A stretch of 64,000 nucleotides of DNA from positions 192,001 to 256,000 of the forward strand of contig CAVZYA010000001.1 of the NCBI GenBank assembly GCA_963779415.1. Direction: 5' to 3'. Shown one piece after another: positions 9,904 to 21,452 of this stretch; the first letter of the stretch is position 1; each line of letters opens with the position of its first letter. The stretch comes from an uncultured Acidobacteriota bacterium. Its GTDB lineage: Bacteria; Acidobacteriota; Thermoanaerobaculia; UBA5066. The notes beneath the pieces were generated by a model, which saw nothing but the letters and a program-made list of their open reading frames with translations, was not told the origin of the DNA and searched no databases. The translations under genes were made by a program, and so were the position numbers.

Positions 9904-10653
9904 ATGCGATTCGACATCGTGACGATCTTCCCGGGCTACTTCGCCTCGCCGCTTTCCGAGGCGCTGGTGGGGAAGGCCGTTGATGCGGGCCTTCTCGAGA
10001 TCCACGTCGTCGATCTCCGGGAGTTCTCGGAGGACCCGCACCGGAAGGTGGACGACGAAGCGTACGGCGGCGGCCCCGGAATGGTCCTCTCCGCGCCGCC
10101 TGTCTTCGCCGCCGTCGAAGCCCTGAGGGGCGAAGCCGGCGCGCCGGCGCCGCACGTCGTCTTCCTCTCCCCCGAAGGCCGGTGCTTCGACGCCGAAACG
10201 GCGCGGGCGCTCTCCGGGCGGCCGCGCGTCGTTCTCGTTTGTGGACGATACGAAGGAATCGACGAACGGACGCGCGAGGCGGGGCTTTTCGACGAGGAGA
10301 TCTCGATCGGAGACGTGGTCCTGCCGGGAGGCGAGGCGGCAGCCCTCGTCGTCATCGAGGCCGTGTCGCGCTTCGTCTCCGGTGTCGTCGGCGACCCGGA
10401 GAGCGTCCGCGCCGACAGCTTCGAGGACGGGCTGCTCGATCATCCGCACTACACGAGACCGCGCGAGTTTCGCGGCCTCTCCGTTCCCGAGGTCCTTCTC
10501 TCCGGTCACCACGACCGGATCCGGACGTGGCGACTGGAGAAGAAGCTGGAGAGAACGGCGAGGCAGCGGCCGGACCTTCTCGGCAGGGCCCGCCTGACCG
10601 ACGAGGAAAGGGATCTCCTTCGGCGACTTGCGCGGCGCGACGAATCCCCATAA
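9904..10653 (+). CDS. trmD: tRNA (guanine37-N1)-methyltransferase
   Basis: VDDEAYGGGPGMV, CGRYEGIDER, YTRP, LLSGHH. Confidence 0.98.
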   Translation: MRFDIVTIFPGYFASPLSEALVGKAVDAGLLEIHVVDLREFSEDPHRKVDDEAYGGGPGMVLSAPPVFAAVEALRGEAGAPAPHVVFLSPEGRCFDAETARALSGRPRVVLVCGRYEGIDERTREAGLFDEEISIGDVVLPGGEAAALVVIEAVSRFVSGVVGDPESVRADSFEDGLLDHPHYTRPREFRGLSVPEVLLSGHHDRIRTWRLEKKLERTARQRPDLLGRARLTDEERDLLRRLARRDESP

Positions 10654-10743
10654 CATCACGAGACGGGTTCTCGGATTCGGGCCAAAGGTTTACGTGTCCC
10701 CGTGCAGCCAGGCCCGCCAGGACGCATTCGGAGGTATCTCGTC

Positions 10744-11094
10744 ATGACGGACAAGCTCTTGATGGCTGAGCGGGTGAGCCTTCGCGGCGACGTTCCCCCC
10801 TTCGGGCCCGGCGACACCGTGAAGGTACACGTGAAGGTGAAGGAAGGGGAGAAGGAACGGATTCAGGTCTTCCAGGGGCTCGTGATCGCGCGCAAAGGGG
10901 GGGGGGCCCGGGAGACCTTCACCGTTCGCAAGATCTCCCAGGGAATCGGCGTCGAGAGGACCTTCCCGGTCCACTCGCCCGTACTCGAACGGATCGAGGT
11001 GGAGCGGCACGGTCAGGTTCGCCGCGCCAAGCTCTATTACCTGAGGGAGCGCCGCGGCAAGGCGGCACGGATCGCCGAGAAGCGGGAGAACTAG
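10744..11094 (+). CDS. rplS: 50S ribosomal protein L19
   Basis: [23 protein letters not shown]. Confidence 0.98.
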   Translation: MTDKLLMAERVSLRGDVPPFGPGDTVKVHVKVKEGEKERIQVFQGLVIARKGGGARETFTVRKISQGIGVERTFPVHSPVLERIEVERHGQVRRAKLYYLRERRGKAARIAEKREN

Positions 11095-11172
11095 AAAGCC
11101 GGTCCGGTGCACGGTGCCGTCCGGCGGACGTCCCGTGCGGCCGGCGGTCGCACGGGAGAAGAACGGGGGAGC

Positions 11173-11853
11173 GTGGCCAGAAACCGCGTCGGGGCGTGTG
11201 ACCTCCGGGCCGAGCGCGAGCGCCTGTGGCGTCTCTTCGCGATCGAGGAGGCGGCCCGCCTGGAGGGTCACCGTTTCGTGGCGGGAGTGGACGAGGTGGG
11301 GCGAGGCTGCCTCGCGGGACCGGTCTATGCGGCGGCGGCGGTTTTCGGTGGGTTCGAGTCTCTCTCGGGACTCGACGACTCGAAAGCTCTCACGCCGGAG
11401 GTCCGCGAGGATCTGGCCCCTCGGATCCGGGCCCGGGCGCTCGGGGTCGCGGTCGGCGCGGCGTCGGCCGCCGAGATCGACGCGATCGGGATCGCGCCCG
11501 CGACCCTCCTCGCGATGCGGCGCGCCCTCGAGGTTCTGCGCCGGGACGGAATCGTTCCGGACCTCGTCCTCTTCGATGCCGTGACCATGCCGGGTCTCGA
11601 CGTCGCGCAGCGTTCCTTCATCCGCGGCGACTCGCGCGTCGCGTGCATCGCGGCCGCCTCGATCGTCGCCAAGAGCGAGCGGGATCGCCGGATGGAGGCG
11701 CTCGACTCGAAATGGCCCTTCTACGGCTTTTCGTCGCACCGCGGCTACGGGACGGCGGCGCACCTCGCGGCCCTCCGGCGGCACGGACCCTCGCCGGAGC
11801 ACCGACTCACCTTCGACGGCGTCCTCCCCGCGCCCGGCCGGAAGGCGGCCTGA
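11173..11853 (+). CDS. rnhB: Ribonuclease HII
   Basis: GVDEVGRGCLAGPV, DDSK, IAAASIVAK; start approximate. Confidence 0.95.
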   Translation: MARNRVGACDLRAERERLWRLFAIEEAARLEGHRFVAGVDEVGRGCLAGPVYAAAAVFGGFESLSGLDDSKALTPEVREDLAPRIRARALGVAVGAASAAEIDAIGIAPATLLAMRRALEVLRRDGIVPDLVLFDAVTMPGLDVAQRSFIRGDSRVACIAAASIVAKSERDRRMEALDSKWPFYGFSSHRGYGTAAHLAALRRHGPSPEHRLTFDGVLPAPGRKAA

Positions 11854-11864
11854 CGGAGCGCGCC

Positions 11865-14800
11865 TTGGCGAGCAAACGCGAATCCCTGATCGCCTCGGCG
11901 GAGAAGGCGCTCCAGAAGGGAAAGGTCGACTCCGCCCTCAAGGACTACCTGAAGGTCCTCGAGGAGGTTCCCGGGGACATCAACGTCCTGAACAAGGTGG
12001 GAGACCTCTTCGTCCGCCTGAACCGGAACGAGGAGTCGATCCCCTATTTCACGCGGATCGCGGAGCACTACTCGCGCGACGGCTTCTTCCTGAAGGCCAT
12101 CGCGATCTACAAGAAGATCAACAAGCTCGATCCCGCGCGCCTCGACGTCTACGAACGCCTCGCGGAGCTTTACGCAAAGCAGGGGCTGACGACCGAGGCG
12201 AAGAGCCAGTACCAGGTCCTCGCGGACTACCACACGAAGAACGAGAACGTCATCGGCGCGATCGGGATCTACCAGAAGATGGTGGCGACCGACGCGCAGA
12301 ACATCCAGCTTCACGTCAAGCTCGCGGACTTCTATACGCAGGCGCGACGGACGAGCGAGGCGCTCAAGCAGTACGCGGCCGTGGCGAACCTCCTCCGGGA
12401 GCGGGGGGCTGACGACGAGGCGCTTCAGGTCTACGACAAGGCGCTGAAGCTGGGTCCCGACAACGGCGAGATTCTCCGGACGTTCGTTCCGATGCTCCTT
12501 CAAGCCGGACGGATCGAAGAGGCCCGCGAGCACCTGAAAAAGGGCCTCGAGACGACACCGCGCTCCGTCCCGCTCTTTCTCCTCGCGAGCGAGGCCGCTC
12601 TCGAGGCGGGCGATCCGGAGGAGGCGCGGCTGCAGATCGGGAAGGCGTTCTCGGTCGAGCCGGAGAACGAGGAGGTCCTCCAGGCCGTCGTTCGCGTGAA
12701 CGTCCGGACGGGGTCGCCGGGCGCGGCGCTTCCGGCCGCCGTCGCGCTCGCGGACCGCGCCATGCGGCGCGGCGAGGCAAAGAAGGCCCTTGCGATCCTG
12801 ACGCCCGTGTCCGACGCCGCGGAGAACAACGAGTCGGTTCTCGCCAAGCTGGTCCAGATCGCCGAGGCCGCGGAGGGAATGGAAGGCGGCGTCCCGTACC
12901 GATCGCGCCTCGCGGAGCTCTGGAAGAGCCAGGGGCGGCTCGACGACGCGGCGGATGCGCTCCGGATCCTGATCCGCCTCGCGCCGGACAACGCCGAGTT
13001 CCGCACCCGGCTGTCGCAGCTCGAGCCGTCGGTGCCCCGGAAGCAGGAGGCCGCGCCGCAGGCCGAGAGCTTCCCGTCTCCGCCGACGGCGGTGCCTCCG
13101 CGGAGACCGTCGCCGATGACGGTGGCCGGAGACATCCCGGGGGACCTCCACCTCGAGATGACGGGGCAGGTCGTGAAGGAGGGGCCGAAGCCTGCTCCCG
13201 GCGAGTTCATCGTCGAGTTCGACGACGAGCAGCTCATTCACGACCCCGGATCGACCGGTCCGGTGCCGGCCGCGGTTCGCCGGGCGTCGCAGACCGACAT
13301 TCCGGCGTCACGCCCCGCGGAGGCGTCGCAGCCGATCCCGCGCGAGGCGGGCTTCGATTTCGCGGGTCACCGCCCCGCCGCGCTCCCCGCCGACGCCTCC
13401 GGGGCGGGATGGGGAAGTGCGATCCCGGCGGAACTCCCGGAGGCAGAGGAGGTCGAGGGCGCCGCCGTCGTGCCTCTCCCGGCTCCGGAGCCGCTCTCCG
13501 AGGCCACCGAGATCGCGGAAGGCGCAGGCGAGGAGACGGGCGGGGGTGCGCGGCCGCCCGCACCGTCGACGCCACCACCGCTCTCGCCGGTAGAGCTCGA
13601 GACGATCCTGGCCGAAGTCGAGGTCTTCCGGAAGTACGGCCTTCTCGAAAAGGCGATCGACCAGCTTCGCGTCGCCCTCCTGCGGCACGCGGAAGCTTTT
13701 CCGCTTCGCGAGAAGCTCTTCGAGGTCTGCCTGGAGGCGGGAAAGAAGTCGGCCGCCATCCGCGAAGCCGAGCAGCTCAAGGAGCGGTATCGGGAGGACG
13801 GACGGCAGGACCGCGTGGCGGCCCTCGATGCGCTCCTCGTCGAGCGGACTTCCGCCGAGATGGGGGAGGCGCTCGAAGACAGTCTCCCGGGTGCCTTCAT
13901 CGATACGACTCCCGGGTCGCGCTCCGGGCGGAGGCGACGCTCGGCGGAGAGACGTCTCGCCGCGTCCGCAGCCGACACGGCGTCGCCACCGGCCCCCTCG
14001 TCGGTACGTCCCGAGGAGGTCTCGGAGGTGGATTTCTGCCTCGACCAGGGGATGGTCGTCGATGCGTCGGAGCGCCTTCGGGCTCTCGAGGCTCGCTATC
14101 CGGGAGATCCGAGCCTCGCCGAGCGCCGGGCGCGCCTCGAGGCGTGGAGTCCGGTAACGGACGAGCGCCCCGCTCCCGAGGAGATCCTGACGGACGATTT
14201 CGAGTCGGTCCTCGACGCGGAGCTGGGACGCGCTCTGACCGACGAGATGGCTCGCGGCTCGGCGGTTTCGCCGCCGAAGCCCCCCGCCGAGGCGAAGGCG
14301 CCCCCCGGAGGGGTCCCGGTCGACGAGTCCGCCCTCTTCTCCGACGAGCAGGAGTTCTTCAACTTCGCGGGCGATCTCCAGAACGAGCTTCGCCAGGAAG
14401 CGGTCGGGACCGAAGGGCCGCCGGAGGCGAGCCAGGCCGGCGCCCAGGACGTGCCGCTCGAGGAGATCTTCCGCGAGTTCAAGAAAGGGGTCGAGCAGCA
14501 GCTCTCGCCCGAGGACTACGAGACCCACTACAACCTCGGGATCGCCTACAAGGAGATGTGGCTCGTGGACGAGGCGATCGGCGAGTTCCAGCGCGCCGCG
14601 AAGAGCCCGCAGCATGCCGTGGAGTGCTGCTCGATGCTCGGCCTCTGCTTCCTCGAGAAGGGGCTCCCGCAGCTCGCGATCAAGTGGTACCGGAAAGGCC
14701 TCGAGTCGCACGGCCTCAAGGACGACGACCGGCTCGGCATTCTCTACGACCTCGCGAACGTCTACCTCGGCGTCGGCGACAGCGACAACGCCTATCGGGC

Positions 14801-14885
14801 GTTCCTCGAGATCTACGGGTCCGACGCGAACTTCCGCGACGTGGGCGACCGCCTGAAGGCGCTCTCTCTCCCGACCGGGAACTGA
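11865..14885 (+). CDS. Large TPR protein, SgmX-like (N-terminal TPRs, acidic/Pro-rich linker, C-terminal TPRs)
   Basis: AEHYSRDGFFLKAIAIYKK and EDYETHYNLGIAYKEM motifs; TTG start inferred. Confidence 0.8.
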   Translation: MASKRESLIASAEKALQKGKVDSALKDYLKVLEEVPGDINVLNKVGDLFVRLNRNEESIPYFTRIAEHYSRDGFFLKAIAIYKKINKLDPARLDVYERLAELYAKQGLTTEAKSQYQVLADYHTKNENVIGAIGIYQKMVATDAQNIQLHVKLADFYTQARRTSEALKQYAAVANLLRERGADDEALQVYDKALKLGPDNGEILRTFVPMLLQAGRIEEAREHLKKGLETTPRSVPLFLLASEAALEAGDPEEARLQIGKAFSVEPENEEVLQAVVRVNVRTGSPGAALPAAVALADRAMRRGEAKKALAILTPVSDAAENNESVLAKLVQIAEAAEGMEGGVPYRSRLAELWKSQGRLDDAADALRILIRLAPDNAEFRTRLSQLEPSVPRKQEAAPQAESFPSPPTAVPPRRPSPMTVAGDIPGDLHLEMTGQVVKEGPKPAPGEFIVEFDDEQLIHDPGSTGPVPAAVRRASQTDIPASRPAEASQPIPREAGFDFAGHRPAALPADASGAGWGSAIPAELPEAEEVEGAAVVPLPAPEPLSEATEIAEGAGEETGGGARPPAPSTPPPLSPVELETILAEVEVFRKYGLLEKAIDQLRVALLRHAEAFPLREKLFEVCLEAGKKSAAIREAEQLKERYREDGRQDRVAALDALLVERTSAEMGEALEDSLPGAFIDTTPGSRSGRRRRSAERRLAASAADTASPPAPSSVRPEEVSEVDFCLDQGMVVDASERLRALEARYPGDPSLAERRARLEAWSPVTDERPAPEEILTDDFESVLDAELGRALTDEMARGSAVSPPKPPAEAKAPPGGVPVDESALFSDEQEFFNFAGDLQNELRQEAVGTEGPPEASQAGAQDVPLEEIFREFKKGVEQQLSPEDYETHYNLGIAYKEMWLVDEAIGEFQRAAKSPQHAVECCSMLGLCFLEKGLPQLAIKWYRKGLESHGLKDDDRLGILYDLANVYLGVGDSDNAYRAFLEIYGSDANFRDVGDRLKALSLPTGN

Positions 14886-14894
14886 CGGCCCGGA

Positions 14895-16110
14895 TTACTT
14901 CCCGAAGGCCGAGTGTGTCCGGAAGCCCCGGTGGGGCTTCGAAGGGGCGCCCTGAAGCGCGACGACGCGGTCCCTCGGTGCCCGCTTCGAGACGCCCTGT
15001 CCCCGCCGTGCCGCCTCGAACGCCTTCCGGAGGCCGGCCATCAGCTCGTCCCGGCGGCCGTAGAGCCTCTTCAGGGGGCGCCTGCGGTGTCGGGCGAGCG
15101 CGTACGCCGTCAGGAGCGGCAGTCCGATCGTCACATCGACATAGCAGACGACGGTGTCGGGGAGTCGCTTCGGGTCGATCTTTCCCCACGAGACCGCCTC
15201 GGCCGGCGTGGCGCCCGAGAGCCCGCCGGTGTCCGGCCGGGCATCGGTGATCTGGAGGAAGTAGTCGTGTCCCGCCTCGTCGATGCCGAGGACCTCCTGG
15301 ATCTGCGGCTCCGTCTGCAGAAGGAAGTTCTTCGGGCTCCCGCCGCCGAGGATCAGGACGGCGCTCTTTCCGCCCCGGCGCTTCGCGCCCCAGACGATGG
15401 ACGCGGTCTCGTTCACGTCGGCCGAGACGTCGAAAGCGAAGGCGCCTCCTTCGAGGGCCTGGCGCGCCACGTTCATCCCGATCGACGAGTCGCCGGGAGA
15501 GCTCGTGTAGACCGGCACGCCGCAGGCGTGCGCCGTGGCGAGGACGGACTGGTCCGTGCCGAGGCCGAGCCGCCGCATCGCCGTCCGGAGGACGCGGCCG
15601 GCGTGCCAGTGGAACTCCGCGGTCGACATCGGCCTCTGGAACTGCGGGAGCCTGAGGAGCTGCCGGAAGAAGGCGTCCGTGTCGAGGAGGACCTCGTACG
15701 GGAAGACGATGTCGTAGATCCGGATGACGCCGTCCTTCCGCAGGGCCACGTCGTCGAACGTCGGGCGCCCCTCGTGGATCGGCATCCCGAGGGCGTGGTG
15801 GACGTCGTGGTAGAGGTTGGCGCCGGTCGAGATCATCCAGTCGACGAAGCCCGCGCGAAGAAGCGGGTTCAGGCAGGAGAGGCCGAGGCCGGCGGGCGTC
15901 AGTGCCCCGGTGACGGAAAGGCCGACCGTCACGTCGGGCTCCAGCATCCGCTCGACGAAGAGGGCGCAGGCTTCGCGAAGACGTGCGGCGTTGTAGGCGG
16001 AGAAGGTCTTCTCGACGAGGTCGGCGGCGCGTCACGCCTCCGGTGACGGGACGGGGACGGATCCGGCGGCCGGAGAGGAAGGGGCTCTTGTTGTGGCGCA
16101 CGGTCGGCAT
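14895..16110 (-). CDS. Deoxyhypusine synthase-like protein; frameshift near 16030
   Basis: [42 protein letters not shown]. Confidence 0.9.
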
Positions 16111-16154
16111 GGCGGCGGAAACGTAGCACAGGCGCCCGCTATCATCGCGTCCGG

Positions 16155-17149
16155 ATGAGCGCGTTCCTCCGGCGCGCCCCTCCTCTCGGTGCGGCATCTC
16201 ACCGTGACGTTTCCTCTCGCGTCGGGCGAAGAAGCCCGTGTCGTGGACGGCATCTCGTTCGACGTGGCGGCCGGGGAGGTCGTGGCCCTCGTGGGGGAGT
16301 CGGGGTGCGGAAAGAGCGTCACGTCGCTCGCCCTCCTCGATCTCGTCCCGGCGCCGGGCCGGGTCGTCTCGGGAGAGGTTCTCTTCGAGGGAACCGACGT
16401 CCTCGGCGCGGCTCCGCGCGAGCAGAGTGCGCCTGCGCGGCGGCGGGATCGGCCTCGTCTTCCAGGAGCCGGGAAGCGCGCTCGACCCCGTACGGACGAT
16501 CGGCTCGGAGCTGGTCGACGTCCTCAGGCGGCATCGCGGGCTTTCTCGCCGCGAGGCCCGCGTCGCGGCGGTCGACTGGCTCCGGCGCGTCTCGCTTCCG
16601 GATCCCGAGCGGCGATTCGACGACCTGCCTCACCGGATGTCCGGAGGGATGCGCCAGCGGGCGATGATCGCCCTGGCGCTCGCCGGCGGACCGCGACTTC
16701 TCGTGGCCGACGAGCCGACGACGGCGCTGGACGTGACGATCCAGGCGCAGATCCTCGACCTTCTCCGGGACCTCCGGCGCGACCTCGGCCTCGCGATTCT
16801 CCTCATCACCCACGACCTCGGGGTCGTCGCGGAGACGGCCGACCGCGCCCTCGTGATGTACGCGGGGGAGATCGTCGAGAGCGCGCGCTCCGGCGACCTC
16901 TTCCGGCGTCCGGCGCACCCTTACACGAAGGGACTCCTCGCGTCGCGCCCCGACGCGGACGGGAAGCTGCGGGCTCTGCTTCCGGCACGGTTCCCCGAGG
17001 CGGGAAGCCGCCCGGGCGGATGCGCCTTCGAGCCGCGCTGCCCGTCCGCCTTCGGTCGCTGCCGGGCCGCCCGCCCGTCGCTCCATCCCGTCGGAGGGAG
17101 CGCATCGGAGTCCGCCTGTTTTCTTCAGGACGAGGGACCCGCCGAATGA
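16155..17149 (+). CDS. Oligopeptide ABC ATP-binding protein (OppD/DppD-like); frameshifted
   Basis: [36 protein letters not shown] across frames. Confidence 0.88.
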
Positions 17150-18141
17150 CCGCCCCTCCGCTTCTCTCCGTGCGCGACCTCCACCGCGACGTTCGTCGAG
17201 TCGCGAGGGCCGTTCCGGCGCCCGGCGCGGGTCGCGGCCGTGAACGGCGTCTCGTTCGATCTCGCCGCCGGGACGACGCTCGCCCTCGTGGGGGAATCGG
17301 GCTCGGGGAAGAGCACGACCGCCCGGCTGATCCTTCGACTCCTCGAGCCGGACCGCGGGACCGTCCTCTTCGACGGCATCGACTGGCTCGCCCTGCCGCC
17401 GCGCGAGCTGAACCGCAGGCGGCGCGAGGTGGGAGTCGTCTTCCAGGATCCGGCCACCTCGCTCGATCCCCGGATGACCGTCTTCGAGATCGTCGCCGAG
17501 CCGCTCGAGATCCACGGCCTCGCCCGGGGCCGGGGCACGACGGGACCGCGTGGCGGCGCTCCTCGAGGCGGTCGGGCATCCCCTCCGCCGCGCTCGCGAA
17601 GACGTCCGCGCGAGTTCTCCGGAGGGCAGCGGCAACGGATCGCGATCGCCCGGGCTCTCGCGACGGAGCCGCGACTCGTCGTCCTCGACGAGCCGGTCTC
17701 CGCCCTCGACGTCTCGATCCGCGCCCAGGTCGTGAATCTCCTCGGCGATCTTCAGGAGAAGACGCCGTCGCGCCCGGCCTACCTCTTCATCGGTCACGAC
17801 CTCTCGCTCGTCCGGGCGATCGCGGATCGGTCGCCGTCATGTACCTCGGGCGAATCGTCGAGGCCGGGCCGACCTCGCGCGTCTTTTCCGTTCCGCGCCA
17901 TCCCTACACGGCGCTTCTCCTCGCTTCCCAGCCCCGTGAAGCGCCTCCGGAAGGGCCCGAGCAGTCGCCGCGTCTCCGGGCGGGGGGCGAGCCCCCTTCG
18001 CCTGCGGACCCCCCGCCGGGATGTCCGTTCCATCCCCGCTGCCCTTCGGCCCGCGGGACCTGCCGGGAGGGGTACCCCGGAGAGGAGGATCTGGGAGGGG
18101 GCCACCGCGTTTCGTGTTTCTATCCTCTGCAGGGGGCGTGA
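17146..18141 (+). CDS. Oligopeptide ABC ATP-binding protein (OppF/DppF-like); frameshifted
   Basis: GESGSGKST, FSGGQRQR, LDEPVSALD, GCPFHPRC across frames. Confidence 0.88.
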   Translation: MTAPPLLSVRDLHRDVRRVARAVPAPGAGRGRERRLVRSRRRDDARPRGGIGLGEEHDRPADPSTPRAGPRDRPLRRHRLARPAAARAEPQAARGGSRLPGSGHLARSPDDRLRDRRRAARDPRPRPGPGHDGTAWRRSSRRSGIPSAALAKTSARVLRRAAATDRDRPGSRDGAATRRPRRAGLRPRRLDPRPGRESPRRSSGEDAVAPGLPLHRSRPLARPGDRGSVAVMYLGRIVEAGPTSRVFSVPRHPYTALLLASQPREAPPEGPEQSPRLRAGGEPPSPADPPPGCPFHPRCPSARGTCREGYPGEEDLGGGHRVSCFYPLQGA

Positions 18142-18250
18142 CGGCCAACCTGCCTCCGGACAAAACTTTTCCTCTCTGTTCCCGTACTATTCGGCGTGGC
18201 GTTCTGTTGCCCCACCGTCTCCGGCTCCAGGAGGATCACGTGAATCGAAA

Positions 18251-19907
18251 GTGTGTCGCGGGGTCCCGCGCGCTCCGGACCGCCCCGGGGGGCGCGTTCT
18301 CGTCCTTCTCGTCTCGCTTGCCCTCGTTCTGCCGGGCGCCGCCCGCGCGGCCGACGCGGTCTCCGTGCCGATCGCCACGGGCGCCCGGAAGCCCGAGCCG
18401 CTTCCGCCGGGCGAGAAGATCGAGCTGTCACTCGAGCAGGCGATCCGCCTCGCGCTGGAGAACACGCTCGACCTCAATGTCTCGTCTTTGACGTACGAGA
18501 AAGCGGCCTTCGGGATCGGGTCCGCGAAGGGCTACTTCGACCCAGGGCTGGAAGTGGACGTGAACGCCAACCGGACGCAGGAGGCCTCCTTTTCGCAAAT
18601 CGCCGCTACCGACACGAAGAGCCAGAACGGGAACCTGATCTTCGGCGGCAACCTCCTGTCGGGCGGGACCTACAACCTGACCTGGGCGAACGCGCGGATC
18701 GACTCCCAGATCCCCGGCTTCACGCTCTTCAATCCGAGGTGGACCTCGGCCCTCACCGTCGGAGCCACGCAGCCGCTCCTCCGGAACTTCGGCAAGACGG
18801 TGACGAACCGGCTCGTGGTGCAGGCTCAGTACGGCCGGGACACGTCGGCCTGGGCGTTCGTGACGGCCGTCCAGACGGCCGTCCAGCTCGTCGACGGCGC
18901 GTACTGGGATCTCGCGTACGCCCGCGCGCTTCTTACGGCGCGTCAGGAAGCCCTCGCCATCGCGAAAGACCTCAACCGGATCACGCAGATCAAGATCGAC
19001 GTCGGGACGCTGGCCCCCATCGACATCGTCCAGACCGAGGTGACCGTCGCCCAGCGCGAGCAGGACATCATCACCGCCGAAGGGCAGATCGGCGACGCCG
19101 AGGACCGGCTGAAGCGCCTTCTCAACGTCCGGAACCTCCCGGACTGGCAGCGTCCGATCGTCACGACGGAAGTTCCGACGGCCGAGCCGATCCCGGTGCA
19201 GGTCGAGGACGGTATGAGACAGGCCCTCCAGACCCGTCCCGAGATCCGGCAGGCGCTGCTCGACATCGAGTCGAAGAAGCTGACGCTCGTCTACAACAAG
19301 GACCAGCTGAAGCCCCGCCTCGATCTCGCCGCCTCGTACGGGTACTCCGGCCTTGGCGCGCAGGGGAGTTACACGTTCCCGGACGGGTCGACCATCGAAC
19401 GCGTCTACAACGATGCCCTCTCCAGCATCTTCAACCGCGACTACCCGGCCTGGACCGTCGGGCTGACCTTCGTGATCCCCATCTTCAACCAGACGGCGAA
19501 GAACAACGCGGCCATCGCCTCTTCCGACCTCGAGCTGTCACGCACGAATCTCGTACCTCGCGAAGCAGAACCTCTGGCTCGAGGTGCGGACGGCCGCCCG
19601 GGGCGTCGACACGGCCCTCAAGACGGTCGTGGCGGCGAAGAAATCGCGCGAGCTGGCCGAACGGAACCTCGACGCCGAGAAGAAGAAGTTCGAGAACGGC
19701 ATGTCGACGACCTTCCAGGTCTCGTCGATCCAGAACGACCTGACGAACGCCCGGGCCGTCGAGCTGCAGGCTTACGCGACGTACCTGAAATCCCGGACGG
19801 CCTGGCACAAGGCGATCGGCGACATTCTCGACTGGAAGAACGTGAAGCTCGAAGGGCTGCCGGTCTCGCTTGCCCCGGTCGCCGCCGAGGAGCCGGCCTC
19901 GAAGTAG
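18251..19907 (+). CDS. TolC family outer membrane efflux protein; frameshift near 19555
   Basis: Signal peptide, LSLEQAIRLALEN, QPLLRNFG, C-terminal EKKKFENGMST in shifted frame. Confidence 0.88.
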
Positions 19908-19920
19908 GGAGGGAAGCCTC

Positions 19921-20667
19921 ATGACCGAGACGACCGCGGCCGCGCCCGACGCATCGGCGATCTCCCCGGTCGGGGCCCTCGTCGGCACCTTCTCGAACCC
20001 CGCCGAGACGTTCCGGCGGCTCGTCGCGAGCCCCACCTGGTGGCTGCCGTTCCTCGCGACCGTTCTTCTGACGACGGGCCTTTTCCTTCTCTCGGCGCCG
20101 AAGCTCGACTGGGACAAGACGATCCGCGACGCGATGGAGAAGCGGGCGGCGAAGACGGGGCAGACCCTTCCGCCGGAGGTCGTGAACCGGCAGATCGAAC
20201 AGAGCAGGAAGATGACCGGGGTCTTCCTCGGCTTCGCGCTCGGCTTCACCGTCCTCGGCTTCTTCTTCGTCGGGCTCGTCTTCTGGGGCGCGGCCCGGGC
20301 GATGGGAGCCGATGCGCGCTATGCCCAGCTCCTCGCCATCTGGGCGCACGCGTCGCTTCCGAACGTCGTGGGGGGGCTCTTCGCGATCCCGCTCATCGCC
20401 ACGCTCCCGGACGCCTCGGCGACCCAGGCGTCGCTTCAGGGGATCCTCCGCTCGAACGTCGGGGCGTTCCTCGCGGAGGACGCGCCGGCGGCTCTCTGCT
20501 CCGTCCTCGGCTCCCTCGATCTCTTCTCCTTCGCCGTCCTCGCGCTCCTCGTCGTCGGTTTCCGGAAACTCCCCGGCCTTTCGAAGGGGGCGGCCACGGC
20601 GATCCCGATCGTCCTCTGGCTGGTTTACGTCGCCGGGAAGACGGCCTGGATGGCCGTCTTCGGCTGA
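19921..20667 (+). CDS. Yip1 family membrane protein
   Basis: FSNPAETF N-terminal motif, about 5 TM helices, next to TolC and ABC ATPase. Confidence 0.8.
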   Translation: MTETTAAAPDASAISPVGALVGTFSNPAETFRRLVASPTWWLPFLATVLLTTGLFLLSAPKLDWDKTIRDAMEKRAAKTGQTLPPEVVNRQIEQSRKMTGVFLGFALGFTVLGFFFVGLVFWGAARAMGADARYAQLLAIWAHASLPNVVGGLFAIPLIATLPDASATQASLQGILRSNVGAFLAEDAPAALCSVLGSLDLFSFAVLALLVVGFRKLPGLSKGAATAIPIVLWLVYVAGKTAWMAVFG

Positions 20668-20677
20668 AGGGATCGCG

Positions 20678-21430
20678 ATGTTGATCGAGATGCAGGAGAT
20701 CGAGAAGACCTACACCGTCGGGGAGGAGAAGGTCCGGGCCCTTCGCGGCGTGACCTTCTCGGTCGAGCGGGGCGAGTACGTGGCGATCATGGGGCCGTCC
20801 GGCTCGGGGAAGTCGACCCTGATGAACCTGATCGGCTGCCTCGACACGCCGACGGCGGGGAAGTACCGGCTGAACGGCGCGCCGGTCGAGGAGATGAACG
20901 ACGACCAGCTCGCGAAGGTCCGGAACCGGGAGATCGGGTTCGTCTTCCAGACCTTCAATCTTCTCGCGCGGACGAACGCCCTCGCGCAGGTGGAGCTTCC
21001 CCTGATCTACGCGGGACTCCCGCGCAAGGAGCGGCGCGACCGCGCGGTGCGCGCCATCGAGCAGGTCGGCCTGACGGACCGGATGCTCCACAACCCGAAC
21101 GAGCTTTCGGGCGGCCAGCGTCAGCGTGTCGCGATCGCCCGGGCGCTCGTGACGGGGCCGTCGCTCCTTCTCGCCGACGAGCCGACGGGGAACCTGGACT
21201 CGCAGACGGGCGAGGACATCATGAGGCTCTTCCGGACGCTCAATGAGTCTGGCAACGCGATCATCATCGTCACGCACGAAGAGGACATCGCGGCGCACGC
21301 CCGGCGGATCATCCGGATCCGGGACGGCAGGATCTCCGACGACCGCCCGAACGACTCGAGCCGCGCCGAGGCCGTCGCCCGCGCCAAGCGCCAGGCCCTC
21401 GAGGGCGCGGACGTCCCGCCGGCGGCCTGA
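20678..21430 (+). CDS. MacB/LolD-type ABC transporter ATP-binding protein
   Basis: [26 protein letters not shown]. Confidence 0.93.
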   Translation: MLIEMQEIEKTYTVGEEKVRALRGVTFSVERGEYVAIMGPSGSGKSTLMNLIGCLDTPTAGKYRLNGAPVEEMNDDQLAKVRNREIGFVFQTFNLLARTNALAQVELPLIYAGLPRKERRDRAVRAIEQVGLTDRMLHNPNELSGGQRQRVAIARALVTGPSLLLADEPTGNLDSQTGEDIMRLFRTLNESGNAIIIVTHEEDIAAHARRIIRIRDGRISDDRPNDSSRAEAVARAKRQALEGADVPPAA

Positions 21431-21452
21431 GTTCCCCGGGGCGACCTCTCGC

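Noticed and set aside
16000-19600. Frameshifts in DHS-like, oppD, oppF, tolC and the apparent OppF-TolC fusion ORF 17240-19924
   Set aside because: Same indel pattern; OppF has its own C-terminus and stop at 18141 in another frame
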